Virus record (IMG/VR): IMGVR_UViG_3300042317_001647
Coordinates: 53,003-73,002 of that record
Length of the DNA stretch: 20,000 nt
Origin: an uncultured virus (IMG/VR IMGVR_UViG_3300042317_001647)
Taxonomy: Duplodnaviria; Heunggongvirae; Uroviricota; Caudoviricetes
Reading direction: 5' to 3' (one strand)
Shown piece after piece: positions 9,175 through 16,009 of the stretch (positions within the stretch are counted from its first letter, which is position 1; each line of letters starts with the position of its first letter). Below the pieces are notes generated by a model. That model had not been told where the DNA came from. It made no database searches and saw only the letters and a program-made list of their open reading frames with translations. Made by a program: the position numbers and the translations under genes.

Positions 9175-9744
9175 ATGGCAATTAATCTTGCAAAATCTGA
9201 AAATAAAGGTATCAACCTAACCAAATCACAACCTGCCATGGGAAAGGTAAAGGCAGTATTATGGTGGAATGTTCCAGATAACAATCCAAAATATGATTTA
9301 GATGTATCAGCGTTTGTTTTGAAAACAACCGATAATGGTCCGAAGTTGTTAGGTGATGACTATTTGGTGTTCTATAACAATGAAGCGACACCTGAAAAAA
9401 GTGTTTCAAAAACACCAGATATGCGTCAAGGTGGTACCGAAGAGGTTTTCATCGATATCAATACGTTACCAGCAACAGTTGATGAAATTTCAATTGTTGT
9501 AACCATCCATGAAGCTGTATCTCGTGGTCAGTCTTTTGGTCAGGTACCTGAAGCAGGTATCAAAATCTTAAATGCTGATACCAATGAGGAAATTGCATTC
9601 TATGATCTAGATGCTGACTACAAAAATGAAACAGCCGTTCAAGTTGGATCATTCTTCAAACGTGATGGACAATTCTCATTCCAGGCAATTGGAGCCGGGT
9701 TCGATGGTCTTGAGTTAGGCGATATCGTCAGCGGTTATCAATAA
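9175..9744 (+). CDS. terD: TerD-family stress protein
   Basis: MAINLAK, YDLDVSAF, LVFYNN, VTIHEA..RGQSFGQV, FQAIGAGF. Confidence 0.9.
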   Translation: MAINLAKSENKGINLTKSQPAMGKVKAVLWWNVPDNNPKYDLDVSAFVLKTTDNGPKLLGDDYLVFYNNEATPEKSVSKTPDMRQGGTEEVFIDINTLPATVDEISIVVTIHEAVSRGQSFGQVPEAGIKILNADTNEEIAFYDLDADYKNETAVQVGSFFKRDGQFSFQAIGAGFDGLELGDIVSGYQ

Positions 9745-9752
9745 TCCATTTT

Positions 9753-9778
9753 TGTGGGGGTAATTCCCCCACATTTTT
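9753..9778 (+). terminator. Intrinsic terminator
   Basis: TGTGGGGG-TAATT-CCCCCACA-TTTTT. Confidence 0.8.
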
Positions 9779-9791
9779 CATAAGGAAAATT

Positions 9792-10160
9792 ATGTTAGAA
9801 AAAATCAAAAGTTTTTTTACTAAAAAACAACCAATTCAGAAAGTAGATACTAAATCTAATGTGTCTTCGAAGTATGTTTCAAATAGTGATAAACGAAATA
9901 AATCACAAAAGCATGATCTTGATATAGATTCAGAAACAGTGGATAACGTAATCAAAGCATCAGTTGACGTGTGGGATTCATATGCTGCGGCAAAGAGTGT
10001 AGACTCAAGTTCACACAATGCTAACCACTCACATAGTTCATATAGTTCATATAGTTCGCATGATTATGGATCATCACATAGTAGTTCCTCTAGTCATTCT
10101 CATAGTTCGCATGACTACAGTTCTTCAAGTGATTCAGGCTCATCCAGTTCGTATGATTAA
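9792..10160 (+). CDS. Hypothetical protein with Ser/His/Asp low-complexity tail
   Basis: AAGGA RBS; tail built from ATAGTTC-type short repeats. Confidence 0.75.
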   Translation: MLEKIKSFFTKKQPIQKVDTKSNVSSKYVSNSDKRNKSQKHDLDIDSETVDNVIKASVDVWDSYAAAKSVDSSSHNANHSHSSYSSYSSHDYGSSHSSSSSHSHSSHDYSSSSDSGSSSSYD

Positions 10161-10167
10161 CTTTTTT

Positions 10168-10242
10168 GCACCCGAAGCTACTAGGTATAGCACAAGCCTC
10201 TAAAACTTGCGACAATGGGTTCGAATCCCATCGGGTGCACCA
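10168..10242 (+). tRNA. tRNA with CUA anticodon (amber suppressor)
   Basis: GCACCCG/CGGGTGC acceptor, GCTA/TAGC D stem, CAAGC-CTCTAAA-ACTTG anticodon arm (C31.A39 mismatch), ATGGG-TTCGAAT-CCCAT T arm, ACCA. Confidence 0.85.
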
Positions 10243-10281
10243 ACCAATACATTTTATATGAGAAACATTGAAAATAACGTT

Positions 10282-10644
10282 ATGAAAACAGTAAAAATTA
10301 AAAGAGAAGAATTACTCGCAGTAGTTCGTGAAAACAAAGAAAAACATATTGTTGAATTCAACGAATCAGTTGAAGATTTCAAAAAAGCAGCGGTAGTCAT
10401 TACTAAAAATAACTTAAAACTTGTCAATACAGGCGATTTGAACAATATTGCAAAAGTTAAAAACTTACCATCTGTTCCTAGTTCATATGAACAAAGCTAC
10501 ACTCGTGCAATCAGAATGCTCGAATTAAGTATCGACGATGTCATTGAGTTAGATGACACCACGTTTAATCAATTAGTGTTAGATGAATGGAATTGGAAGT
10601 CAAACTTTCAACTGTCTGGTTCATTATATAAATCATTGATGTAA
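10282..10644 (+). CDS. Hypothetical phage protein (start moved out of the tRNA)
   Basis: MKTVKIKREELL...AIRMLELS...FNQLVLDEWNW; the ORF-track start lies inside the tRNA; ATG 10258 is an alternative. Confidence 0.75.
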   Translation: MKTVKIKREELLAVVRENKEKHIVEFNESVEDFKKAAVVITKNNLKLVNTGDLNNIAKVKNLPSVPSSYEQSYTRAIRMLELSIDDVIELDDTTFNQLVLDEWNWKSNFQLSGSLYKSLM

Positions 10645-10652
10645 ATTTTATT

Positions 10653-10865
10653 TTTATAGTATAGACCAGCACGGTAAGGAACACGCCCGTAGCAAAGGGT
10701 AAACAGAGAGTTTTCATAGAGAACAGTTAGACTGTGTATAGTATGCTTAAGTTACTGTGTTCCCTGTCACAGTCAGGAAAAAGTGCATAATATAGGTAGA
10801 GCTATGGCAAAGCTGTGAAACCTATTGAGAGGAAATATCTAGAACCCCAAGACTGTTACTATAAA
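10653..10865 (+). ncRNA. Candidate ~210-nt structured RNA
   Basis: Closed by TTTATAGTA/TACTATAAA; internal ACTGTG/CACAGT, ATAGGT/ACCTAT and ACAGT/ACTGT stems; no ORF. Confidence 0.4.
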
Positions 10866-10871
10866 TAGTAA

Positions 10872-10900
10872 TTGACATACAATATAAAATTTGATATAAT
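10872..10900 (+). promoter_or_regulatory. Consensus sigma70 promoter, extended -10
   Basis: TTGACA-N17-TATAAT with TG-n. Confidence 0.8.
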
Positions 10901-10962
10901 AAGAATTATGAAACAGTTATAGATTACAAGACTTTTTAACAATTTAAAAAACTCCTTTTTTT

Positions 10963-11006
10963 ACCCAAGTATCGGCTTGATCCATCAAGTTGGCTTGGGT
11001 TTTTTT
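10963..11006 (+). terminator. Intrinsic terminator/attenuator in the leader of the 11034 gene
   Basis: ACCCAAG..CGGCTTGA-TCCA-TCAAGTTG..CTTGGGT-TTTTTT. Confidence 0.75.
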
Positions 11007-11033
11007 ATGCCAAAAATTATTCAAGGAAAAATT

Positions 11034-11576
11034 ATGATAGAATTAGCATGTGATGATGTGGTATTCCACTTCAATAAAAAACATTTAGAAGACGCTAATA
11101 TCCCAATGTGGATTATTAAAGCAAAAGGTGACTCATTTTATATTGATCACGTAGATTGTCGTAAAGGGTGGTGTACAAAAGAAACACCAGATTCCAGTCA
11201 CACAAAAGGATCCATCAAAATCAAAGATTGTTTACTGGTTATTGATGATTCTAATACCGCTATCATTGATGATCTAACTGAGTTTGATAAATCCAGATTA
11301 AAAAATCGTGAAAAGGGTATTTCTAGAATTATTACAGAATATGGTAATTCATTACGCGAAGCATTAGCTCAAACAAAAATAAAACATGGTCCCATTAGAA
11401 CATATGGTGGCGGTTGTGGTACTTTATGGTTCATTACAGAGATTTTAAAACCTGAGCATTTGACAGTTTTACAAATTCAATTAGGAGATAAAGTTAGAGT
11501 TTTGAAAGAAAATGAAAGTTATTACAGGTATTATGATGACCCAGAGGAAGACTTTGATGACGATGAAGATTTCTAA
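11034..11576 (+). CDS. Hypothetical phage protein with acidic tail
   Basis: AAGGA RBS at 11023-11027 before ATG 11034; VFHFNKKHL...TKETPD..HTKGSIKIK. Confidence 0.8.
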   Translation: MIELACDDVVFHFNKKHLEDANIPMWIIKAKGDSFYIDHVDCRKGWCTKETPDSSHTKGSIKIKDCLLVIDDSNTAIIDDLTEFDKSRLKNREKGISRIITEYGNSLREALAQTKIKHGPIRTYGGGCGTLWFITEILKPEHLTVLQIQLGDKVRVLKENESYYRYYDDPEEDFDDDEDF

Positions 11577-11584
11577 AAAATAAC

Positions 11585-11613
11585 TAGACATTTGAGATCA
11601 GCTGGTGTATAAT
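11585..11613 (+). promoter_or_regulatory. sigma70-like promoter
   Basis: TAGACA-N17-TATAAT. Confidence 0.55.
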
Positions 11614-11619
11614 GCTTGC

Positions 11620-12145
11620 ATTAGGCAAATAAATTTAGGCAACGATAAATATGATTTCACAGGCACTTTTTCAGGCTATACACTTCTGATACACTCGCAC
11701 CGGTGGTTTGACAGGTGCCCCAGGAAATGGAATGTTCTTCGCATGGAGGGAAACAGCTGAGTAGAAGCAGCGACTCATTCGACTACTTGCACATTGTGAT
11801 GCAAATGATGATTGGATACGCCTACGTACAACCAATTTCGAATGTTTGAACAAAAGATAAAAAGGCTAAATGACCAGGTAATTCCTGGACGTATTAGGAA
11901 TATGGTAGAGTATTTTCCTAATGCCACCGTTGGACAACAGAAACAAAAACGCACTTCGAGGTATCGGCCAACCGCCTCTGTAACCAGTGTAACTCTACTA
12001 ATGAAGTCAACTCAGTTGAAATTATTTTTTTGCTCCCTTTATGGGGGCAAAAGTAAATCGTAATCTAGTTGAATAGGTAAGATAGAAATTATAAAAAATG
12101 TGATGAGCGATAGCGAAGAACAGGAGAACGTTAGTTCTCCTTTAG
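11620..12145. other. Large hairpin-rich non-coding block (ncRNA or replication origin)
   Basis: Raised GC, no credible ORF, at least 8 inverted repeats. Confidence 0.5.
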
Positions 12146-12172
12146 TATTATAAAATACATCATGAGAATTAT

Positions 12173-12751
12173 ATGATTGGGTATAAAAGAAATTCTTTAT
12201 ACATTAAAGCTAAAGAAATATTTGAGCAAGATTGTAGGGATGTAAAATTAGATGATCAATTGGAACAATGGAAAGATGTAATGAATCATTATGGTTTTGA
12301 ACATCTTGGTAGTGGTTCAAATGGTTCTGCATATATGTATCCTGGTTATTCTTGGGTGTTTAAGATATTTCGTGGTGATGATGCCTATTTGTGCTTCATT
12401 AGATACGTATTAAGCAATCAGGACAATCCTAATCTACCTAAAATTAAAGGTGGGATAATACAAATTACTTCAGATACATATCTGGTGAGATTAGAGAAAC
12501 TACACCCGTTATTACCTGGTGAATATGATAAGATTTCAGTTGTTATAGATGATATGGCCTATTCTTTGATTGATCGACGATCATATCATGAACTCAGTAA
12601 TCATCAAAAGAGATCAATCAATAAATTCCCGTGGATTTACAAATTTTTGAAGTATTGGTGCGATAATATCGTCTATGATTTAGATTTAAGAGAATCTAAC
12701 ATTATGGTACGTGGTGATACACCGGTATTGTTGGATCCTGTATCTTTGTAA
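12173..12751 (+). CDS. Protein kinase-like fold protein
   Basis: Gly loop LGSGSNGSAY, WVFKIF lysine, catalytic DLRESNIM, metal-binding LLDP. Confidence 0.78.
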   Translation: MIGYKRNSLYIKAKEIFEQDCRDVKLDDQLEQWKDVMNHYGFEHLGSGSNGSAYMYPGYSWVFKIFRGDDAYLCFIRYVLSNQDNPNLPKIKGGIIQITSDTYLVRLEKLHPLLPGEYDKISVVIDDMAYSLIDRRSYHELSNHQKRSINKFPWIYKFLKYWCDNIVYDLDLRESNIMVRGDTPVLLDPVSL

Positions 12752-12850
12752 TGTAAAAAAATCTGATTTTTTAATAGACAGTCAACCAAATGGTACTAAA
12801 TACATTCGTAAGGCTTGTTTGAAGCCATTTTTCAGAAACTGATGAATTAT

Positions 12851-13303
12851 ATGAGTAAAAAAACAATTTTGATCATGGGATTACCGGGCTCTGGTAAAAC
12901 TACCCTAGCCAATGAACTAAAAAAGAAATTAGAACTTGCAGATTACCAAGTTCATTGGTACAATGCCGATGAAGTAAGAGAAAAATTTAATGATTGGGAT
13001 TTTTCATATGATGGGAGACTTCGTCAAGCACAACGAATGAAAAATTTTGCTGATGAGGTTGAAAATGGCTATATACTAATAGATATGGTAGCACCATTAC
13101 CTGAATTTAGGGAAATTATTAACCCAAATATCACAATATGGGTTGACACCATTGAAAAAAGCAGATACAATGATACAAATAAATTGTTCATTCAACCAGA
13201 AAACTATAATTTTAGGGTTACTGAACAAGATGCTGTAACATGGGGTGATAAAATTTATAATGAACTTCACACCAATGTAGTAGAATTCTTAACACTCTAC
13301 TAA
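12851..13303 (+). CDS. Adenylyl-sulfate kinase-like P-loop kinase
   Basis: GLPGSGKTT Walker A, NADEVR, WDFSYDGRLRQA, IWVDT. Confidence 0.8.
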   Translation: MSKKTILIMGLPGSGKTTLANELKKKLELADYQVHWYNADEVREKFNDWDFSYDGRLRQAQRMKNFADEVENGYILIDMVAPLPEFREIINPNITIWVDTIEKSRYNDTNKLFIQPENYNFRVTEQDAVTWGDKIYNELHTNVVEFLTLY

Positions 13304-13398
13304 AATATGCTGAAAAACAGCTATTTTGACTAGTAAATAAGAATTTTTACTAAATAAAAATACAATTATAAAAAAATAAAAACTTTTTTAAAAAGTGC

Positions 13399-13427
13399 TT
13401 GACAAAGAAACTAAATAATTGTATAAT
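13399..13427 (+). promoter_or_regulatory. Consensus sigma70 promoter of the attenuator leader
   Basis: TTGACA-N17-TATAAT with A/T-rich upstream region. Confidence 0.8.
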
Positions 13428-13478
13428 ACGCTTCATCAGTTGGGGTCAACCGATGAAATTAAAGGAAAATTGATACAA

Positions 13479-13616
13479 ATGGAAATGCAATCATTACATC
13501 AACAATTTAAACTACAATCAACCTTAAAAGGCGGCTCGATTGCGTCTGTATGGTGTGCATTTAGTTTAATTAATGATCGCACACCGGAGTATCGTGAGGG
13601 TTCTTTGAAGACATAA
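13479..13616 (+). CDS. Putative 45-aa attenuator leader peptide
   Basis: AAGGA at 13462-13466 (in-frame TTG 13470 is an alternative start); last codons overlap the antiterminator strand. Confidence 0.6.
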   Translation: MEMQSLHQQFKLQSTLKGGSIASVWCAFSLINDRTPEYREGSLKT

Positions 13617-13676
13617 TTTAATATTATAAGTTAATTTTTCAAAGAACCCTGAAAGTGAAAACTCTCAGGGTTTTTT
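13597..13676 (+). terminator. Mutually exclusive antiterminator/terminator
   Basis: 13597-13611 pairs with 13636-13650 (15 bp); alternatively AACCCTGA 13645-13652 pairs with TCAGGGTT 13665-13672 (GAAA loop) plus a T tract. Confidence 0.8.
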
Positions 13677-13704
13677 AGTTTTAGACTCCTTAAAAAAAAA
13701 GTAG

Positions 13705-13733
13705 TTGACAGACACAGAAACACAGATTATAAT
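13705..13733 (+). promoter_or_regulatory. Consensus sigma70 promoter at the head of the tRNA array
   Basis: TTGACA-N17-TATAAT. Confidence 0.75.
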
Positions 13734-13873
13734 ATGAAGTACAGTGGTATAGAGAATGAAATATTGGTCTCTATTAGAAAACGCGATTCTGCTCACCACT
13801 ATAAAAATGAGCTATTAATGAGGGCGGTCTAGGGGATGAGAAGCACCTTGTGTGGTGTGTGGAAAAACCTAGA

Positions 13874-13962
13874 AATATTAAAACACATTGAGAATAGTAG
13901 AATTTGATTTCTACGGAATGTAGACAGTGGATTTGAACGACCCACCAGTGTGTTTTAATATT
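13874..13962 (+). ncRNA. Long-stem cassette S1
   Basis: AATATTAAAACACATTG / CAGTGTGTTTTAATATT, 17 bp with one G.U. Confidence 0.5.
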
Positions 13963-14028
13963 AAAACATACTAGATCAGCATTAAGAATTACGGTTCTTG
14001 ACAAGTTAAAGTGAGTATGTTTTAATAT
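13958..14028 (+). ncRNA. Long-stem cassette S2
   Basis: ATATTAAAACATACT / AGTATGTTTTAATAT, perfect 15 bp. Confidence 0.5.
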
Positions 14029-14077
14029 ACACTCTTCACTGACTACGAATCAGTTAAAATGCATAGCAGGAGAGTGT
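14029..14077 (+). ncRNA. Mini-RNA displaying an Arg(ACG) anticodon stem-loop
   Basis: ACACTCTTC/GGAGAGTGT closing stem; ACTGA-CTACGAA-TCAGT inside. Confidence 0.5.
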
Positions 14078-14088
14078 TATAAGTTATT

Positions 14089-14181
14089 GGGTGTCTTGAG
14101 GCTATGGCGTGTGCCTCTCTTGACTGTAAATCAAGTCCCTCGTGGTAAACATTCGCGGTTCGAATCCGTGGACACCCACCA
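14089..14181 (+). tRNA. tRNA-Tyr(GTA)
   Basis: GGGTGTC/GACACCC, CTTGA-CTGTAAA-TCAAG, long variable region, T arm, ACCA; unusual 5-bp D stem. Confidence 0.9.
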
Positions 14182-14194
14182 ATTTTTTAATTAT

Positions 14195-14273
14195 CTCCGT
14201 GTAGCTCAGTTTGGTAGAGCGCTCGATTTGGGATCGAGAGGATTCGTAGGTTCAAATCCTACCACGGAGACCA
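14195..14273 (+). tRNA. tRNA-Pro(TGG)
   Basis: CTCCGTG/CACGGAG, CTCGA-TTTGGGA-TCGAG, ACCA. Confidence 0.93.
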
Positions 14274-14274
14274 A

Positions 14275-14388
14275 TTTATATAAAAACACATTCACGGTTA
14301 GGGGATACTGAGCATCTGGACGCAGGGGCTATCCGAAAGTGTAGGCATACATACCGAAAGCTCAGAAACGAGTGTGTTTCTATATAAA
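14275..14388 (+). ncRNA. Long-stem cassette S3
   Basis: TTTATATAAAAACACATTC / GAGTGTGTTTCTATATAAA (18 of 19 paired); inner CTGAGC/GCTCAG. Confidence 0.5.
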
Positions 14389-14395
14389 AGTTTAT

Positions 14396-14470
14396 ATCCT
14401 GGTAGTTTAATGGTGAAAACACTGGATTTTCATTCCAGTAATCCGAGTTCGATCCTCGGTCGGGATACCA
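14396..14470 (+). tRNA. tRNA-Glu(TTC)
   Basis: ATCCTGG/TCGGGAT, CTGGA-TTTTCAT-TCCAG, ACCA. Confidence 0.9.
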
Positions 14471-14476
14471 AATTAT

Positions 14477-14576
14477 ATCTGTATAGCTCAGTCTGGTAGA
14501 GCACCTAACTATGTGGCCTAGGTAAACACATAGAGCATTAGGAGGTCGCGGGTTCGAATCCCATTACAGATGTCCA
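14477..14576 (+). tRNA. tRNA-like gene with a 29-nt hairpin insert in place of the anticodon loop
   Basis: ATCTGTA/TACAGAT acceptor, canonical D arm, CCTAA/TTAGG stem enclosing CTATGTG/CACATAG, TTCGAAT T loop. Confidence 0.6.
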
Positions 14577-14587
14577 TTATGAATAAT

Positions 14588-14666
14588 GGCCGATGGGACT
14601 GCATGGAGTGGTCACTTGCCTGTCACGCAAGATATCAGAGGGGATTGTTACCCCTATCGGTCGCCA
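14588..14666 (+). tRNA. tRNA-Asp(GTC), non-canonical T loop
   Basis: GGCCGAT/ATCGGTC, CTTGC-CTGTCAC-GCAAG, T loop ATTGTTA, GCCA. Confidence 0.8.
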
Positions 14667-14672
14667 AATTAT

Positions 14673-14727
14673 GGGGCAAAAAGATGAAATCCTGTCAAGG
14701 ATTTTAACAGCAATTATAGCCCCGCCA
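14673..14727 (+). ncRNA. Armless tRNA-like mini-element
   Basis: GGGGC/GCCCC-G-CCA; AAATCC-TGTCAA-GGATTT hairpin containing GTC; CAGCAA motif. Confidence 0.4.
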
Positions 14728-14742
14728 ATTTTTGAGGTAAAA

Positions 14743-15273
14743 ATGTTAGATATAACTATAACAGGATTATACGAAGCAAGTTTATGGGCACCAACCCATA
14801 CTAAAGTCATTAGCATTGTTGATCCAACTACCAAAGTATTTGAATGTGATGTTCCACATCATGTAGAAAGATTTCATGATATTGAAGTACCATTAGAAGG
14901 ATATCAACATCCTACTTTACAAAATATTGAAAATATTTTAGAATTCAGTAAAACATTTACTGATACTGATAAAGTTTTAATTCATTGTCATGCTGGTGTT
15001 AGTAGAAGTACAGCAACTGCTATTCTAGTACTAATACAACATGGCATGGGTATTAAAGAAGCGTTTGAGAAGGTTTATTCAATTCGTGATTGCATGAATC
15101 CTAATGTAATGATAATTAATTACGGTGATGAACTATTGGAATGCAATGGTGAATTGTCCGATTATTATAATAAATGGTCTGATGATAACCGTATAGAATA
15201 CGGACGATTTGGTGGACAAACATGGGATAGTAATACAGATGCTATGAAAAATATCTTGCAAATGTTCAAATAA
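14743..15273 (+). CDS. Cys-dependent protein tyrosine/dual-specificity phosphatase
   Basis: HCHAGVSRS (CX5R) and FHDI motifs; GAGG RBS before ATG 14743; the ORF-track start lies within tRNA-Asp. Confidence 0.9.
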   Translation: MLDITITGLYEASLWAPTHTKVISIVDPTTKVFECDVPHHVERFHDIEVPLEGYQHPTLQNIENILEFSKTFTDTDKVLIHCHAGVSRSTATAILVLIQHGMGIKEAFEKVYSIRDCMNPNVMIINYGDELLECNGELSDYYNKWSDDNRIEYGRFGGQTWDSNTDAMKNILQMFK

Positions 15274-15295
15274 TACGTTATAATTTACACAGTTT

Positions 15296-15350
15296 TAGGA
15301 TACATGCAGCAATTAAAAAACATTCTTGAAAAATGAAAAAGCGTATCCTG
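15296..15350 (+). ncRNA. CAGCA-stem RNA A, Ser(TGA) anticodon mimic
   Basis: TAGGATAC/GTATCCTG stem, CAGCAA, CATT-CTTGAAA-AATG; TTGCAA-N17-TATAAT at 15256-15284. Confidence 0.65.
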
Positions 15351-15358
15351 ATAATTTT

Positions 15359-15434
15359 GCTACTGTGGCAGTGATGGTTCATGCACTGGACTGAAAATTC
15401 AGCTATACTGGTTCGATCCCAGTCGGTAGCACCA
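15359..15434 (+). tRNA. tRNA-Phe(GAA)
   Basis: GCTACTG/CGGTAGC, CTGGA-CTGAAAA-TTCAG, ACCA. Confidence 0.9.
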
Positions 15435-15459
15435 ATTTTAACTTTACAATTTGGTAATT

Positions 15460-15738
15460 ATGGAATATATTAACCCAGACAATCCAGAACTCACTATTAG
15501 CGTATCTGATACAACAATAGTTTTTATGAAAAATGGAAGATCGCATAACACAGATGGACCAGCAATTATTAGATATGATGGCCGCAGAACTTGTTATTGC
15601 CAAGATGGGAAATATCATAATGAACACGGCCCTGCTGTTATTACTAATTTCACAGAAGAAGAATATTGGTTGCATGGTAAAAAGATCTATTTAAAAAGTA
15701 AATGGGAACAACAAGTTCTTGAAGATCGAACCATCTAA
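15460..15738 (+). CDS. Hypothetical protein with HxxxGPA beta-repeats
   Basis: HNTDGPAII and HNEHGPAVI repeats, EYWLHGK. Confidence 0.75.
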   Translation: MEYINPDNPELTISVSDTTIVFMKNGRSHNTDGPAIIRYDGRRTCYCQDGKYHNEHGPAVITNFTEEEYWLHGKKIYLKSKWEQQVLEDRTI

Positions 15739-15917
15739 TCAATGGATACTCTGACCCAGAGGATAAGAAGTGTGGTGATACACATGGGTGGTATGCTTTG
15801 AACCAAAAGCACGTTGGCAATACGAGAATTCTGTTCCGCCAGAACCTGCAAGTTGATAACCATGAAGTACAAGTGGCAACCTCTGTGATAGCCGGGAATA
15901 AGAAAGCACCAATTTTA

Positions 15918-15991
15918 GCCTCCTTGGTTTAATGGGAGAACACTAGTCTTACACACTGGTTGCGGTAGTTCGATTCTATCAGGAGGCACCA
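15918..15991 (+). tRNA. tRNA-Val(TAC)
   Basis: GCCTCCT/AGGAGGC, CTAGT-CTTACAC-ACTGG, ACCA. Confidence 0.92.
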
Positions 15992-16009
15992 AACACAAAG
16001 GAAACTATT

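Noticed and set aside
10030..10115. ATAGTTC short repeats as a regulatory array
   Set aside because: Explained by Ser/His/Tyr low-complexity coding sequence.
10168..10242. Pyrrolysine tRNA (CTCTAAA loop)
   Set aside because: It has a canonical TTCGAAT T loop, GG in the D loop and a 5-nt variable loop, unlike tRNA-Pyl; no pyl genes are seen.
59..10445. Short antisense or alternate-frame ORFs (59..400, 382..567, 850..1119, 1956..2183, 2262..2474, 2969..3157, 3597..4357, 7615..7833, 9212..9415, 9836..10203, 10254..10445)
   Set aside because: Shadow ORFs inside well-supported genes, with no motifs.
10653..10865. RNase P RNA (GAGGAAA, AGAACCC and GGTAAAC fragments)
   Set aside because: Fragments are out of order, and the P4 GAAAGTCC / CGGCTTA pairing is missing.
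11671..12063. ORFs 11671..11853 (-) and 11812..12063 (+)
   Set aside because: No RBS, atypical composition, and they overlie dense hairpins; more likely non-coding.
13743..13872. Hairpins after the 13705 promoter (AGTGGT/ACCACT, CTAGG/CCTAG) as tRNAs
   Set aside because: No T loop, anticodon loop or CCA end; they may be leader structure but are too weak to call.
14509..14537. Group I intron in the tRNA-like gene
   Set aside because: Only 29 nt long, with no catalytic core.
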